DNA from: Candidatus Berkelbacteria bacterium
GTDB taxonomy: Bacteria; Patescibacteriota; UBA1384; 2-12-FULL-50-11
Direction of reading: 5' to 3'
Assembly (NCBI GenBank): GCA_016432625.1
Contig: CP066697.1
Span: forward strand, 17,415 to 81,414
Length of the DNA stretch: 64,000 bases
This document shows, one piece after another, positions 1 to 9,673 of this stretch. The notes below the pieces were generated by a model that saw only the letters and a program-made list of their open reading frames with translations, searched no databases and had not been told where the DNA came from. The stretch's first letter is position 1. Every line of letters starts with the position of its first letter. The position numbers and the translations under genes are program-made.

Positions 1-138
1 CGAATTTACGTTCTAAGTTCCCAAGCGCTGGGCCGACTTGAAGCTTGTCAGTTAGTAATTGCGTGGCTAGGGACTCTGCTACACTGGGCGCATGTTAGCT
101 GCGAGAGTTGAGCGAGAAGTAACCTTGAGCGAAGCGAA

Positions 139-1011
139 ATGTTAATCTTCATTGAGGGTAGTGACTCGTTTTTGGCGCGGGAAGCGATCAACAAAATTAA
201 GGCAAAATACCTCGAGAAGAATCCCGGTGGCGCGGAGTTGATTGAGATTGATGAAACTACTTCGGAGCCGAACCCTTCGACTTCGCTCGGGGTAAACTGG
301 GCTGACCTTTTAACAGTGCCGCTATTCGCTACCTCGCGCCTCATTATCGTCCGGCGTCTAGGCTATTTCCCGCCCACGGTGCACCAACAGCTATCCTTAG
401 TATTAGGACAAGTCCCGGAGTCAACAGTGGTTGTTGTCTGGGACGCCCGCCCGGTTAAGGATACGGCATTAGAGAAACAGCTAGCAGCTGCCTCGAAGAC
501 TATTGGTGCGACGACTCCACAAGGTGCGGCACTTTCTCGGTGGCTAACTGCCCGTGCCCGGGAGCTCGGCTTTGAACTAAGCCGAGATCAGCTGCAGGAG
601 CTACAACAGCGGGGGCACAACGAATTATGGGAGCTGGAAACCGAGCTGCAAACACTCTCCACGGGGTTAAGCTCGGCCACGGTGCGTGAGGCAGCCAGCG
701 AACCGTTTGTATTCTTCAATCTGGTGCGACGGAATAATTGGGAGGCGGTTAAGAAAGAGCTCGCCAAAAAGGCTCGTCAGGGCGAGCCGGTCGAGCTAGT
801 AGTCGGTTCCCTTGCAGCGGCGTGTCGGAAAGAGCTACGCGACGAAGACCAACTGAGGGAGCTGGTGGGGCTACTTATCGACATTGATCTGGGTCTAAAA
901 ACCGGCTCACTTGATCCCGATAGTGCAATTGCTCTGATGATCGCCCACCTACCGCAACCCCTATCTAACCGGGTACAATGGGAAAACACATGGGGGGAGA
1001 TAGCGTCTTAG
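139..1011 (+). CDS. holA: DNA polymerase III delta subunit (HolA), short CPR-type
   Basis: MLIFIEGSDSFLAREAINKI start, PLFATSRLIIV motif, ELETELQTL, DLGLKTG near C-terminus; rpsT nearby on the opposite strand as usual. Confidence 0.8.
   Translation: MLIFIEGSDSFLAREAINKIKAKYLEKNPGGAELIEIDETTSEPNPSTSLGVNWADLLTVPLFATSRLIIVRRLGYFPPTVHQQLSLVLGQVPESTVVVVWDARPVKDTALEKQLAAASKTIGATTPQGAALSRWLTARARELGFELSRDQLQELQQRGHNELWELETELQTLSTGLSSATVREAASEPFVFFNLVRRNNWEAVKKELAKKARQGEPVELVVGSLAAACRKELRDEDQLRELVGLLIDIDLGLKTGSLDPDSAIALMIAHLPQPLSNRVQWENTWGEIAS
274..297. repeat. 24-bp palindromic REP-like insertion, in frame in holA (encodes PSTSLGVN)
   Basis: ccttcgacttcgctcggggtaaac, with AAC repeated at both ends (271-273 and 295-297); length is a multiple of 3. 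Confidence 0.6.
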
Positions 1012-2480
1012 GCGCTTTATTCAAATCAGTCGGCTTTTACTCGAAGTCATTTTCGTTTTTCCTAGTTTTGGCTGTGGTCGGTTTAGGTTGGATTTACTTT
1101 CAGCCGCTGCAAGCTGACGAAGTGGTAAGTAATCAGCCACAGGCAAGCGAATCAAACTATGACATCGTTGTCCGGATGATTGAAGATGGGAGTTTCTATA
1201 TTGGCAACGAGAAGCTTGATATTGAGACAGTGTCCGGCGAACAAACCTACCGCTATCGTTACCAGGTAATTGACCGGCCGAAACAGGAGTTGGAATTTCT
1301 GAGCCTGGCGGTGTTACTGCCAAAGCCGTTGCCGGAGGCATCAATTGGTCACCGTTTTATCACTAACGGCGGTGCAACTTCCGTCGAGAGCAGCCTAGTT
1401 GACCCACAAACGCTAGTTTTTTCAGCCGCTAGTATCGGTACTCAGGCGCAGCTAACCTTCGAGGTTGAGGTACCGAAGTCGTACGTCACCACAACGGCGC
1501 TAAGGGCCCTGCAGAATAAACTGCTGAACTTGCCGCCAATTGTTTGGACCAGTCTCTCGATCGCCTTACCGCTACTGACTGTCCTACTACTACTGCTGAT
1601 CGGTCTGGCTCGTACGAGGAAAATTCCGACAGAACATCTGGGTACGATAGAGGATCCACCAAGCCGTTTAAGCCCGGCGCTACTTGGTATTCTGATGCGC
1701 GGCAAACTTGGCAGCCGGGAGATCGCCGCCACGCTGCTAGATCTAGCTCGGCGCGGGCACTTGGTGATACACCACGTGTCAAATAACGATTTTCGTTTTT
1801 CGCGGCGTCCTTCGGCCGACCGGCTAGAAGATTTTGAAGCAGTAATGCTGGATCAGATCTTCGGCCCAGTTTCAGAACGGACCAGTTCCGAGGAAATCAG
1901 CTTTGCTTTAGCACAAGAGCTATTCAGCCGACGTCTTAGCGAAGCGTTTATCTTGGCCTACCAAAAAATAAATAACCTTGGCTATTTCTACACTAACCCG
2001 TTGACGCTGCACCGTCGTTACCAATTCGCTGCAATTCTCCTCTTTATAATCGGCCTGGCGGGCTTCTTCACCAATCTAATAATCTTTACCCACCTGCAGC
2101 TCTTCCTGCTGTTCTGGCTTGGCATGTTGGTGTCGGCGTTATTAATCTATAGCTTCTCGCATAATTTACCGGCGCGGACAGTTTTTGGTGATAGAGAGCT
2201 TGCTAAGTGGCTGGTTTTTGGCCGATACCTGACGAGCGCCGACCCGATAAACTTTGCTGCTCACAACCAAGAAAAATACCTCGCCTACCTGCCTTACGCA
2301 GTCGTCATGGAATCAGAGGTGGAATGGACCAGGCGTTACTACGAGCTGCCATTTACGCAGCCTAGCTGGTACATCTGTGCTCGAATCACAACAATTGATG
2401 AGTTCGCCAATAAAATCTTCCCGCTTTTTGGCTACCTGTCGCACACGCTTGCTGTTAGCGCTCAACCAGCAGCGCGCTAA
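978..2480 (+). CDS. DUF2207-family membrane protein
   Basis: N-terminal TM, PPSRLSPALLG and ATLLDLARRGHL motifs, YLPYAVVM...W near C-terminus; exact start uncertain. Confidence 0.75.
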   Translation: MGKHMGGDSVLGALFKSVGFYSKSFSFFLVLAVVGLGWIYFQPLQADEVVSNQPQASESNYDIVVRMIEDGSFYIGNEKLDIETVSGEQTYRYRYQVIDRPKQELEFLSLAVLLPKPLPEASIGHRFITNGGATSVESSLVDPQTLVFSAASIGTQAQLTFEVEVPKSYVTTTALRALQNKLLNLPPIVWTSLSIALPLLTVLLLLLIGLARTRKIPTEHLGTIEDPPSRLSPALLGILMRGKLGSREIAATLLDLARRGHLVIHHVSNNDFRFSRRPSADRLEDFEAVMLDQIFGPVSERTSSEEISFALAQELFSRRLSEAFILAYQKINNLGYFYTNPLTLHRRYQFAAILLFIIGLAGFFTNLIIFTHLQLFLLFWLGMLVSALLIYSFSHNLPARTVFGDRELAKWLVFGRYLTSADPINFAAHNQEKYLAYLPYAVVMESEVEWTRRYYELPFTQPSWYICARITTIDEFANKIFPLFGYLSHTLAVSAQPAAR

Positions 2481-3032
2481 CTAGAGACGGTCGACGTAGC
2501 GCATAGCGCCGAGAGGCCAGATGACAAAGCTGGCCCGGCCCTGGATGTCCGCTCGCGCTACCGCGCCCCAAAGCCTGGAGTCGCTACTGCCTGGTCGGTT
2601 ATCGCCGGCCAAAAAGTACTCGTCGTTTTCCAGAGCTACCGCGCTCAGCTCTTGGTAAGGAGGTTCGCCGAGTCTAGGTTTATATGGCTCAGATAGTTCT
2701 GCACCGTTAACGGTTAGTTTGCCTTCGTGCGCACTGATAGTTTCCCCGGGAAGGCCGACAACGCGCTTGATGAGCCGCGTGTGTTTCGGGTCGCCAGGAA
2801 AAGTTGCGGCAACTACATCGCCACGCTTAATGGCTTTCGCTCCCCAATAGCTGATTCGTTCGATGATGACCATCTCACCAGTCTCGAAATTAGGCTCCAT
2901 ACTTTTACCTTCAACGAAGAGTGGCACGCCAACCAGAGCGAATAAAACGATAATGGCCGCGATACCAAAAATTAGGTATTTTGTAACCTCAAAAAAAGTT
3001 GCCGAAGCTCCTAGAAATTTTCCCGACTGCAT
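2481..3032 (-). CDS. lepB: Signal peptidase I
   Basis: GKSMEPNF (catalytic Ser), IKRVVGLPGE (catalytic Lys), GDNRPGSSDSR. Confidence 0.95.
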   Translation of the reverse strand: MQSGKFLGASATFFEVTKYLIFGIAAIIVLFALVGVPLFVEGKSMEPNFETGEMVIIERISYWGAKAIKRGDVVAATFPGDPKHTRLIKRVVGLPGETISAHEGKLTVNGAELSEPYKPRLGEPPYQELSAVALENDEYFLAGDNRPGSSDSRLWGAVARADIQGRASFVIWPLGAMRYVDRL

Positions 3033-3069
3033 AGGTCTACTTTACGTCCTAAGCCGTAGGGTGTGCAAT

Positions 3070-3393
3070 TTACTGCTTAGCTTTGGAGGTTTTGGACTTG
3101 GCGACAGCCTTTTTGGCAACGGGCTTTTTAGTCGCCGGAGCTTTTTCGCTCGATGGCTTAGCCTTGCCGGAAGTGCCGATCTCTTTACTGAGGCGGGATT
3201 TCAAGCGGGAGGCTTTGTTAGCGGCAATGATTCCCCATTTGGCTGACTTGTCGATTAAGGAGAAAGTTCGAGCCAGTGTCTCGGCAGAAGCGGATTTCAA
3301 GGCAACTTTAAGCACCGCCTTGCGACGGCGGTTAACCTCTGTCTTTTTTTCTTGAACACGTAGTGCCTTCTTGGCACTTTTACTTATAGGCAT
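3070..3393 (-). CDS. rpsT: 30S ribosomal protein S20 with Lys/Ala-rich C-terminal tail
   Basis: MPISKSAKKALR, IDKSAKWGII, NKASRLKSRL. Confidence 0.93.
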   Translation of the reverse strand: MPISKSAKKALRVQEKKTEVNRRRKAVLKVALKSASAETLARTFSLIDKSAKWGIIAANKASRLKSRLSKEIGTSGKAKPSSEKAPATKKPVAKKAVAKSKTSKAKQ

Positions 3394-3507
3394 AACGGAG
3401 TGATTTTATCAGAAAATCGCCTCGAGTTCAAAGGCCAAATCCCAAAGCCTAAAAATATCCCTCCCACTCCTTGAAAAGAAATCTCCGCCAGGTATAATGG
3501 CGAAAGC

Positions 3508-4701
3508 ATGGAAGTAACTCCCAAGGCCCAAACCGTCGAGCTTATCAAGCAGGCGAATAAGATTTTAATCCTTACCCACCGCGACCCGGATGGGGACGCT
3601 TTGGGCTCCTCACTCGCTTTATACTTAGCCTTGAAGAAACTCCAGAAAGAAGTCGACGTTGTTTTTCAGGGGACTATTGGCGAGGTATTCTCTTTTCTAC
3701 CGGCCTTCAACGAAGCCAAGACCAGCTTAGGTGCCAGTAACGACTTAGTATTGACTATCGATACCCGCAACACCGGCGAAGAGCTGAAGCTCGGGTATAA
3801 AAAGTTGCCCGAGGAAAAACGAATCAAAATCGTTGTCACGCCGCCCAAAGGCAGTCTGACGCCGGAAGATATCACTGTCGAACGCTCCGTGCCAAAATAC
3901 GACCTCATTATCCTGCTCGATCTGAATAAGCTCGACCGCGTTGGACCGATCAAAGACCAATTTGCTGACCTATTTTACGAAGTGCCGACGATCGTTATCG
4001 ATCACCACGCTGACAACAACCAATTCGCCAAGATTAACTGGGTTGATATCACCGCTACTTCCGCCGCGGAGATTCTGGTTTCCCTAATTGAGTCGTTAAG
4101 TCGTGACGAGCCGCTGCTTGATGCCGACATCGCCACGGCGCTGCTGACCGGCCTTATCACCGACACTGGCAGCTTCCAGTACCGAGGCACGACGCCAAAA
4201 TCACTGACAGTCGCAGCCCAGCTAGTTGCGGCTGGCGCTCGCCAGCAGGAAATCATCGAGTGTCTTTATCGCACAATCACCCTGCCAAGAATGAAGCTTT
4301 GGGGCCGGATGCTCTCCAAAGTGCAGCTTGACCCAACTCATAAGTTCATTTGGTCAACGCTGACAGAGCAAGATTTAATTGAAACGGGCGGTGACGCGGG
4401 AGACGTTTCTGGATTGGCAAGCGAGCTGTCCAAATCTGTCGACGACGCTGATTTCGCCCTACTCTTGAGCGACAGAGACAAGATCATCCGTGGCAACCTG
4501 CGCGCCATCAAACCAACCTGTAACGTCGCCGAAATTGCTCACCATTTTGGTGGCGGTGGCCACCAGGCAGCTTCCGGTTTCCGGGTGGACGGCGCCATAG
4601 AAGAAAAAGAGCTAGAGATTCTTAATAAAATTCGGGCTTTTCGTACCGGGAACGTGTCAGAAATAGATGCCTTACCTACTGGTAGCTCTACTGAAGGTTG
4701 A
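3508..4701 (+). CDS. DHH/DHHA1 phosphoesterase (NrnA-like)
   Basis: [31 protein letters not shown]. Confidence 0.9.
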   Translation: MEVTPKAQTVELIKQANKILILTHRDPDGDALGSSLALYLALKKLQKEVDVVFQGTIGEVFSFLPAFNEAKTSLGASNDLVLTIDTRNTGEELKLGYKKLPEEKRIKIVVTPPKGSLTPEDITVERSVPKYDLIILLDLNKLDRVGPIKDQFADLFYEVPTIVIDHHADNNQFAKINWVDITATSAAEILVSLIESLSRDEPLLDADIATALLTGLITDTGSFQYRGTTPKSLTVAAQLVAAGARQQEIIECLYRTITLPRMKLWGRMLSKVQLDPTHKFIWSTLTEQDLIETGGDAGDVSGLASELSKSVDDADFALLLSDRDKIIRGNLRAIKPTCNVAEIAHHFGGGGHQAASGFRVDGAIEEKELEILNKIRAFRTGNVSEIDALPTGSSTEG

Positions 4702-4736
4702 AGCAGTTACCAAGATTTGATAAGATGAGCAAACGT

Positions 4737-5204
4737 ATGAACGAGAAAGACAAGACTACTAAACCTAAAGCCGCCAAGGCAACTAAGCCGGTTTCAGCAA
4801 AAGCTTCAAAAAAAGAAGCCGTTGCGAAAGAGCCGAAGAAAACTAAGGCTAAAGTTGTCATACCCGAAGTCGCTCCAGAGCTAGAGGCGCCAGTAGTCAA
4901 GGAACCTGTTAAGGCCGTCGCTAAGTCGAAGCCGAAAACCGTCCATTCTAAGAAAAAAGCGGCCACTATTAAGAAATATCAATCACACGAGGGCGACACC
5001 GGGTCGACGGATGTCCAGGTTGCGGTTTTGACCGAGAAAATTAATGCTTTAACAAAGCACCTTCAGGAGCATAAAAAAGATCACGATTCACGCATGGGTC
5101 TCTTGAAGATGATCGGCCAGCGTCGCAGCCTACTCAATTACCTTGAGAAGAAGAATAACGAGCGTTACAAGAAGCTCATTGGTTCTCTAGGCCTGCGAAA
5201 GTAA
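4737..5204 (+). CDS. rpsO: 30S ribosomal protein S15 with long Lys/Ala/Pro-rich N-terminal extension
   Basis: [38 protein letters not shown]; start placed at ATG 4737 downstream of TTGAAG-17-TAAGAT; rpsO-pnp synteny. Confidence 0.95.
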   Translation: MNEKDKTTKPKAAKATKPVSAKASKKEAVAKEPKKTKAKVVIPEVAPELEAPVVKEPVKAVAKSKPKTVHSKKKAATIKKYQSHEGDTGSTDVQVAVLTEKINALTKHLQEHKKDHDSRMGLLKMIGQRRSLLNYLEKKNNERYKKLIGSLGLRK

Positions 5205-5251
5205 AATATCAGTGGCTACTTCGGTAGTAATAAATAAGGGAGTAAAAATAG

Positions 5252-7336
5252 ATGCAAGTTAAGATTCCTTTCGGAAGTGAGGAAATCGTTGTCGAGTCCG
5301 GTAAATTGGCCAAACGCGCCAGCGGTGCCGTTACCGTCACCTGGGGCGAAACAGTTATTTTGGTAACGGCGACAATCGCTAAAGAAGCAAAAGAGGGGAC
5401 AGATTTCTTCCCCCTGACTGTCGATTACGAAGAACGAATGTACGCCGCCGGAAAGATCTCAGGCTCTAAATTTATGAAGCGTGAGAATAAGCCTTCAGAT
5501 GAGGCCGTGTTGAAGGGCCGCTTAATTGATCGCGCTATCCGGCCGATGTTCCCGAAATCTTTTCGCCGCGATGTACAAATTATCGTGACGACACTTTCCT
5601 ACGACGAAGAGCACGACCCGGCACCGCTTGCCGTGATCGGCGCCTCTGCAGCACTACTTATGACCGATGCGCCTTTTGAAGGCCCGATTGCCGCAGTACG
5701 CGTCGGTTTGCGAGGTGACGAGTTCATCCTCAACCCGACCGGCACTGAACTCGCCGATAGCAACCTTGATTTAGTGGCCGCTGGCTCGTCAGAAAAGATT
5801 AACATGATTGAAGCCGCCTCCAACGAAGTTCGAGAGGATAAGATGATCGCCGCACTCGCTTTCGCCCAAAAAAGTCTGGCTGAAATTTGCCAAGCGCAAC
5901 GCGAATTTGCCAGTAGCGAAAAGGAAAAAGTTGAGTACGCCGAACCAGAATTCTACGCGGAGATAAAAACTAAATATGGCGCCGAGCTCGCTGCCGCCGT
6001 GACCGAAACTGATTACGATGCGCGCGAAGCTAAGGTTGCTGAAGTTGCCAAGAAGGCGCTCGAGGAATTTGCCGAAAAGTACGAAGAGCAAGAGATTAAA
6101 AGCGCCGTCGAAGCTGCGTATTACAAAGCCATTCGCGCCCTAATCATTGATGATCACAAACGCCCTGACGGCCGCGCTATGGATGAAGTCCGAGCGCTCT
6201 CCGGTGAAGTTGGTCTTCTGCCGCGAGTCCACGGCTCAGCCTTGTTCAGTCGCGGTGAAACCTCGGCTCTCACCCTAACCACCCTCGGATCGCCAAGTGA
6301 AGAGCAATGGATCGACACGATGGAGGAGTTTGCGAAGAAGCGTTACATCCACCACTACAACTTCCCGCCGTATTCGACCGGTGAAGTCCGCCGGCTTGGT
6401 ACTGGTCGCCGCGAGATTGGCCACGGGGCGTTAGCGGAAAAAGCTTTAGTCCCCGTGATCCCCGCCAAAGAGGAATTCCCCTACACAATCCGTGTTGTCA
6501 CCGAGATTATGAGCTCTAACGGCTCAACTTCGATGGCGGCTGTAGTTGGCTCAACGTTATCGCTAATGGACGCGGGCGTTCCTATTAAGAAACCGGTCGC
6601 CGGAATTGCCATGGGACTTGTCAGCGGCAAGACAGACGATGACTTCGAGGTTCTGACTGACTTACAAGGCCTGGAAGACTTCGCCGGCGAGATGGATTTC
6701 AAAATCGCTGGAACCCGCGAAGGCATCACTGCTATTCAACTTGACGTCAAAAATAAGGGTCTTAGCGCCAAAGTAATTAGTGCGACTTTTGAAAAAGCCC
6801 TCACCGCTCGGATGCAGATTATGGATCTAATTGATAAAACCATGCCTGAACCTCGCAAGGAGCTATCCAAATACGCGCCGCGGATCATTGTTACTAAAAT
6901 TGATCCGGAAAAAATCGGCGAGCTTATCGGCCCCGGCGGTAAAACCATCAACAAAATTATCGACAACGAAGGCGGTCGTGAAGTGTTAAACATCGATATC
7001 GACGACGATGGCACGGTGATGATTACTTCGGCCGATGCCGAGAAAGCAGCTCGTGTTAAAGGGATCGTCGAATCGATCGGTATCCCGCTAAAGATCGGCG
7101 ACGAGCTCGAGGGCGAAATTGTCTCGATCGTTAAAGACCGTACCTCTGGCAAAGAAATTGGGGCGATAGTCCAGCTCGGACCAAATAAAGACGGGATGAT
7201 TCACGTTTCCGCCCTAGGCAACGGTCAGTTTGTAGAGCGTGTCTCGGACGTCGTAAAAGTCGGTGACGTCGTAAAGGTTAGAGTCAAAGACGTTGACCCG
7301 GAACGCGGCCGAATCTCACTGACCAAAATTAACTAG
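5252..7336 (+). CDS. pnp: Polyribonucleotide nucleotidyltransferase (PNPase)
   Basis: FFPLTVDYEE, RREIGHGALAE, SNGSTSMA, GEMDFKIAGT, KH and S1 domains. Confidence 0.97.
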   Translation: MQVKIPFGSEEIVVESGKLAKRASGAVTVTWGETVILVTATIAKEAKEGTDFFPLTVDYEERMYAAGKISGSKFMKRENKPSDEAVLKGRLIDRAIRPMFPKSFRRDVQIIVTTLSYDEEHDPAPLAVIGASAALLMTDAPFEGPIAAVRVGLRGDEFILNPTGTELADSNLDLVAAGSSEKINMIEAASNEVREDKMIAALAFAQKSLAEICQAQREFASSEKEKVEYAEPEFYAEIKTKYGAELAAAVTETDYDAREAKVAEVAKKALEEFAEKYEEQEIKSAVEAAYYKAIRALIIDDHKRPDGRAMDEVRALSGEVGLLPRVHGSALFSRGETSALTLTTLGSPSEEQWIDTMEEFAKKRYIHHYNFPPYSTGEVRRLGTGRREIGHGALAEKALVPVIPAKEEFPYTIRVVTEIMSSNGSTSMAAVVGSTLSLMDAGVPIKKPVAGIAMGLVSGKTDDDFEVLTDLQGLEDFAGEMDFKIAGTREGITAIQLDVKNKGLSAKVISATFEKALTARMQIMDLIDKTMPEPRKELSKYAPRIIVTKIDPEKIGELIGPGGKTINKIIDNEGGREVLNIDIDDDGTVMITSADAEKAARVKGIVESIGIPLKIGDELEGEIVSIVKDRTSGKEIGAIVQLGPNKDGMIHVSALGNGQFVERVSDVVKVGDVVKVRVKDVDPERGRISLTKIN

Positions 7337-7353
7337 ACGAGGCACCGTAAGGC

Positions 7354-7380
7354 AACAGCCCTGCTTGGGGCAGGGCTGTT
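7354..7380. terminator. Hairpin terminator between convergent pnp and glnA
   Basis: aacagccctgc-ttggg-gcagggctgtt perfect inverted repeat. Confidence 0.7.
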
Positions 7381-7405
7381 TGGATAGATTGGGGCACGTT
7401 TACCC

Positions 7406-8863
7406 CTAGGAGTCGGCGTACATAGCGAATTCCTCGGGGTGGGGTTTCAGGTCGACCCGGTCGCACTCCTCAAGTTTGAGCTTGATGTAGATATCGATCA
7501 GGTCTTTCGTGAAGACGTCACCCTGGGTGAGGAAGTCGTTGTCAGCCGCCAGAGCCTCGAGAACAGCCCGGAGGCTGCCCGGAGTCTGCCTGACGAGGCC
7601 TTTCTCCTCGGGCGGCAGCTCGTACAGGTCCTTGTCGAGCGGTTTTGGCGGTTCGATGCGGTTCTGGATCCCATCGATGCCGGCCATGACGCAGGCCGCG
7701 AATGCCAAGTACGGGTTAGCCGTTGGATCCGGCGCCCGAAACTCGATTCGCTTGCTTTTAGGCGACTTGGAGTACATCGGCACCCTGACGCACGCCGAGC
7801 GATTTCGCTGGCTATACATCAGGTTGATCGGTGCTTCGTAGCCCGGAACGAGCCGTCGATACGAGTTCGTCGTCGGGGCACAAAACGCCAGTAGCGCCGG
7901 AGCGTGCTTGAGTACGCCGCCGACGAAATACCTTGCCTCATCCGAGAGGCCGGCGTAGCCCTGTTCGTCGTACATCAAGCTCTCGTTGTCTTTCCACAAC
8001 GAGATATGGATGTGCATGCCGCTGCCGTTGTCTCCCGAGAGAGGTTTTGGCATGAAGCACGCAACCATACCGTTGTCGGCGGCAACGTTGTGGACGATGT
8101 ACTTGAAGAGCTGGACCTGGTCGGCCATCTCGACGAGCGGCCTGAACCGCATATCGATCTCGCACTGGCCAGCTGAGGCGACCTCATGATGGTGAACCTC
8201 AACTTCAATACCGACCCCTTCCAGCTCGTCAACGATCTCCTGCCGGACGAGGTGCAGTTTGTCACGTGGCGGACAGGGGAAATAACCCCCTTTCGCCGGC
8301 GTAGTATAGCCGCCGCACTCGCCGTCATGACTCTGCCAGTGCGCTTCATCACTCCTGATGCAGAACCCAGCGCGTTGCGGCGCCGTTTCATACGTCAACT
8401 CGTTGAAGACGAAGAACTCCGGCTCCGGGCCAATAAAGGCCTGGTCTGCTACGCCGCTAGAGCGCAAGTACTGAATGCACTTTTCGGCGACGTAGCGTGG
8501 ATCACGCGAGTAGCGCTCGCGGGTCAGCGGATCCTCGATGCGACAGAACACCACGGCCGCGTCGTTCATGAACGGGTCGAGATGAACTGTTGTAGGGTCG
8601 GGGACGAGCAGCATGTCGGACTCGTTGATCGATTGGAATCCTCGAATCGAGGAGCCATCGAAACCAACGCCCTCATCGAAGAGCTCTTCGGTGAAGTCGC
8701 GGACACTCATAGTGAAGTGTTGCAGCTTGCCAAACAGGTCGGTAAAACGTACGTCCACGGATCGCACGTTGTGGTTAGTGACGAATTCGACGGCCGACTT
8801 GGCGTTGGCGTCGGGGGCTCCTTTGAGGTGACGAGCGGGTCGTTGTTTGTCGGTTTCTTCCAT
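7406..8863 (-). CDS. glnA: Glutamine synthetase type I
   Basis: FDGSSIRGF, HHHEVA, FMPKP..GDNGSGMH, NSYRRLVPGYEAP, RIEFRAPD, DLYELP adenylylation-site motif. Confidence 0.97.
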   Translation of the reverse strand: MEETDKQRPARHLKGAPDANAKSAVEFVTNHNVRSVDVRFTDLFGKLQHFTMSVRDFTEELFDEGVGFDGSSIRGFQSINESDMLLVPDPTTVHLDPFMNDAAVVFCRIEDPLTRERYSRDPRYVAEKCIQYLRSSGVADQAFIGPEPEFFVFNELTYETAPQRAGFCIRSDEAHWQSHDGECGGYTTPAKGGYFPCPPRDKLHLVRQEIVDELEGVGIEVEVHHHEVASAGQCEIDMRFRPLVEMADQVQLFKYIVHNVAADNGMVACFMPKPLSGDNGSGMHIHISLWKDNESLMYDEQGYAGLSDEARYFVGGVLKHAPALLAFCAPTTNSYRRLVPGYEAPINLMYSQRNRSACVRVPMYSKSPKSKRIEFRAPDPTANPYLAFAACVMAGIDGIQNRIEPPKPLDKDLYELPPEEKGLVRQTPGSLRAVLEALAADNDFLTQGDVFTKDLIDIYIKLKLEECDRVDLKPHPEEFAMYADS

Positions 8864-9003
8864 TTCCCCTCCAGGGTGTCTATTGAACTATGAAGATCAG
8901 GCCTCGGCGCTACGCCGAGACGACAGGAGGATATTATCATCATCGTGCTGAAATTCAACGCCTGGCGCCTGACATCCAACCAGTTAGGTGGTATATATGA
9001 CTC

Positions 9004-9576
9004 ATGACTAAGGACGAAGCCTTGGCTGAAGTTGCCAAGCGCATCGCCGAATGTGAGCGCTGTAAGTACGTGCCTGGCCAGCGCGCCGTGCCCGGTGAAG
9101 GTAGCTGCGACGCGGAGATTATGTTTATTGGCGAAGCTCCTGGAGCCAAAGAGAACGAAACGGGCCGGCCGTTTGTTGGTGCCGCCGGGCAGTTCCTAAC
9201 AGAGATGCTTAACTCAATTGGCCTGGAGCGGGGCGATGTTTTTATCGCCAACGTTATTAAATATCAGCCTCCAGGCAACCGCGATCCTTTGCCAGAAGAA
9301 ATTCGCTTGCAGCTGCCCTTTCTTTTAAAACAGATTGCTATCATCAAGCCGAAACTAATTTGCTTTCTTGGGCGCCACTCAATGTCTGCTTTATTGCCCG
9401 ATCTCGGTAAAACTATCTCCCAAGTGCACGGTGAGCTTGTCGAGAAAGACAGACAAGCGTACTTGCCGCTCTATCACCCGGCCGCGGCGCTCTACAACGG
9501 CGGCATGCGCGAAACTTTGCTCGCCGACTTCGCCAAAATCCCGGAGTATATGGATCGTATAAAGAGCGCTAATTGA
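9004..9576 (+). CDS. Uracil-DNA glycosylase family 4
   Basis: CERC, IGEAPG..E...GRPFVGAAG, YHPAAALY. Confidence 0.93.
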   Translation: MTKDEALAEVAKRIAECERCKYVPGQRAVPGEGSCDAEIMFIGEAPGAKENETGRPFVGAAGQFLTEMLNSIGLERGDVFIANVIKYQPPGNRDPLPEEIRLQLPFLLKQIAIIKPKLICFLGRHSMSALLPDLGKTISQVHGELVEKDRQAYLPLYHPAAALYNGGMRETLLADFAKIPEYMDRIKSAN

Positions 9577-9673
9577 CTTTCGGTACGATCTCGGCTAAGA
9601 TTACCAAAGACTAATCAGATATCGCTGTACTCCCCACAAGCGATGTCACCAAGAATACAGAAAGGAAGACATT

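Noticed and set aside
7439-8893. Long antisense ORFs over glnA (also over 32113-33495 and 43768-44268)
   Set aside because: Shadow ORFs of GC-rich genes with no motifs; the overlapping gene has the clear call
8864-8945. Glutamine (glnA) riboswitch
   Set aside because: A single hairpin only; no match to the consensus that I can recognise
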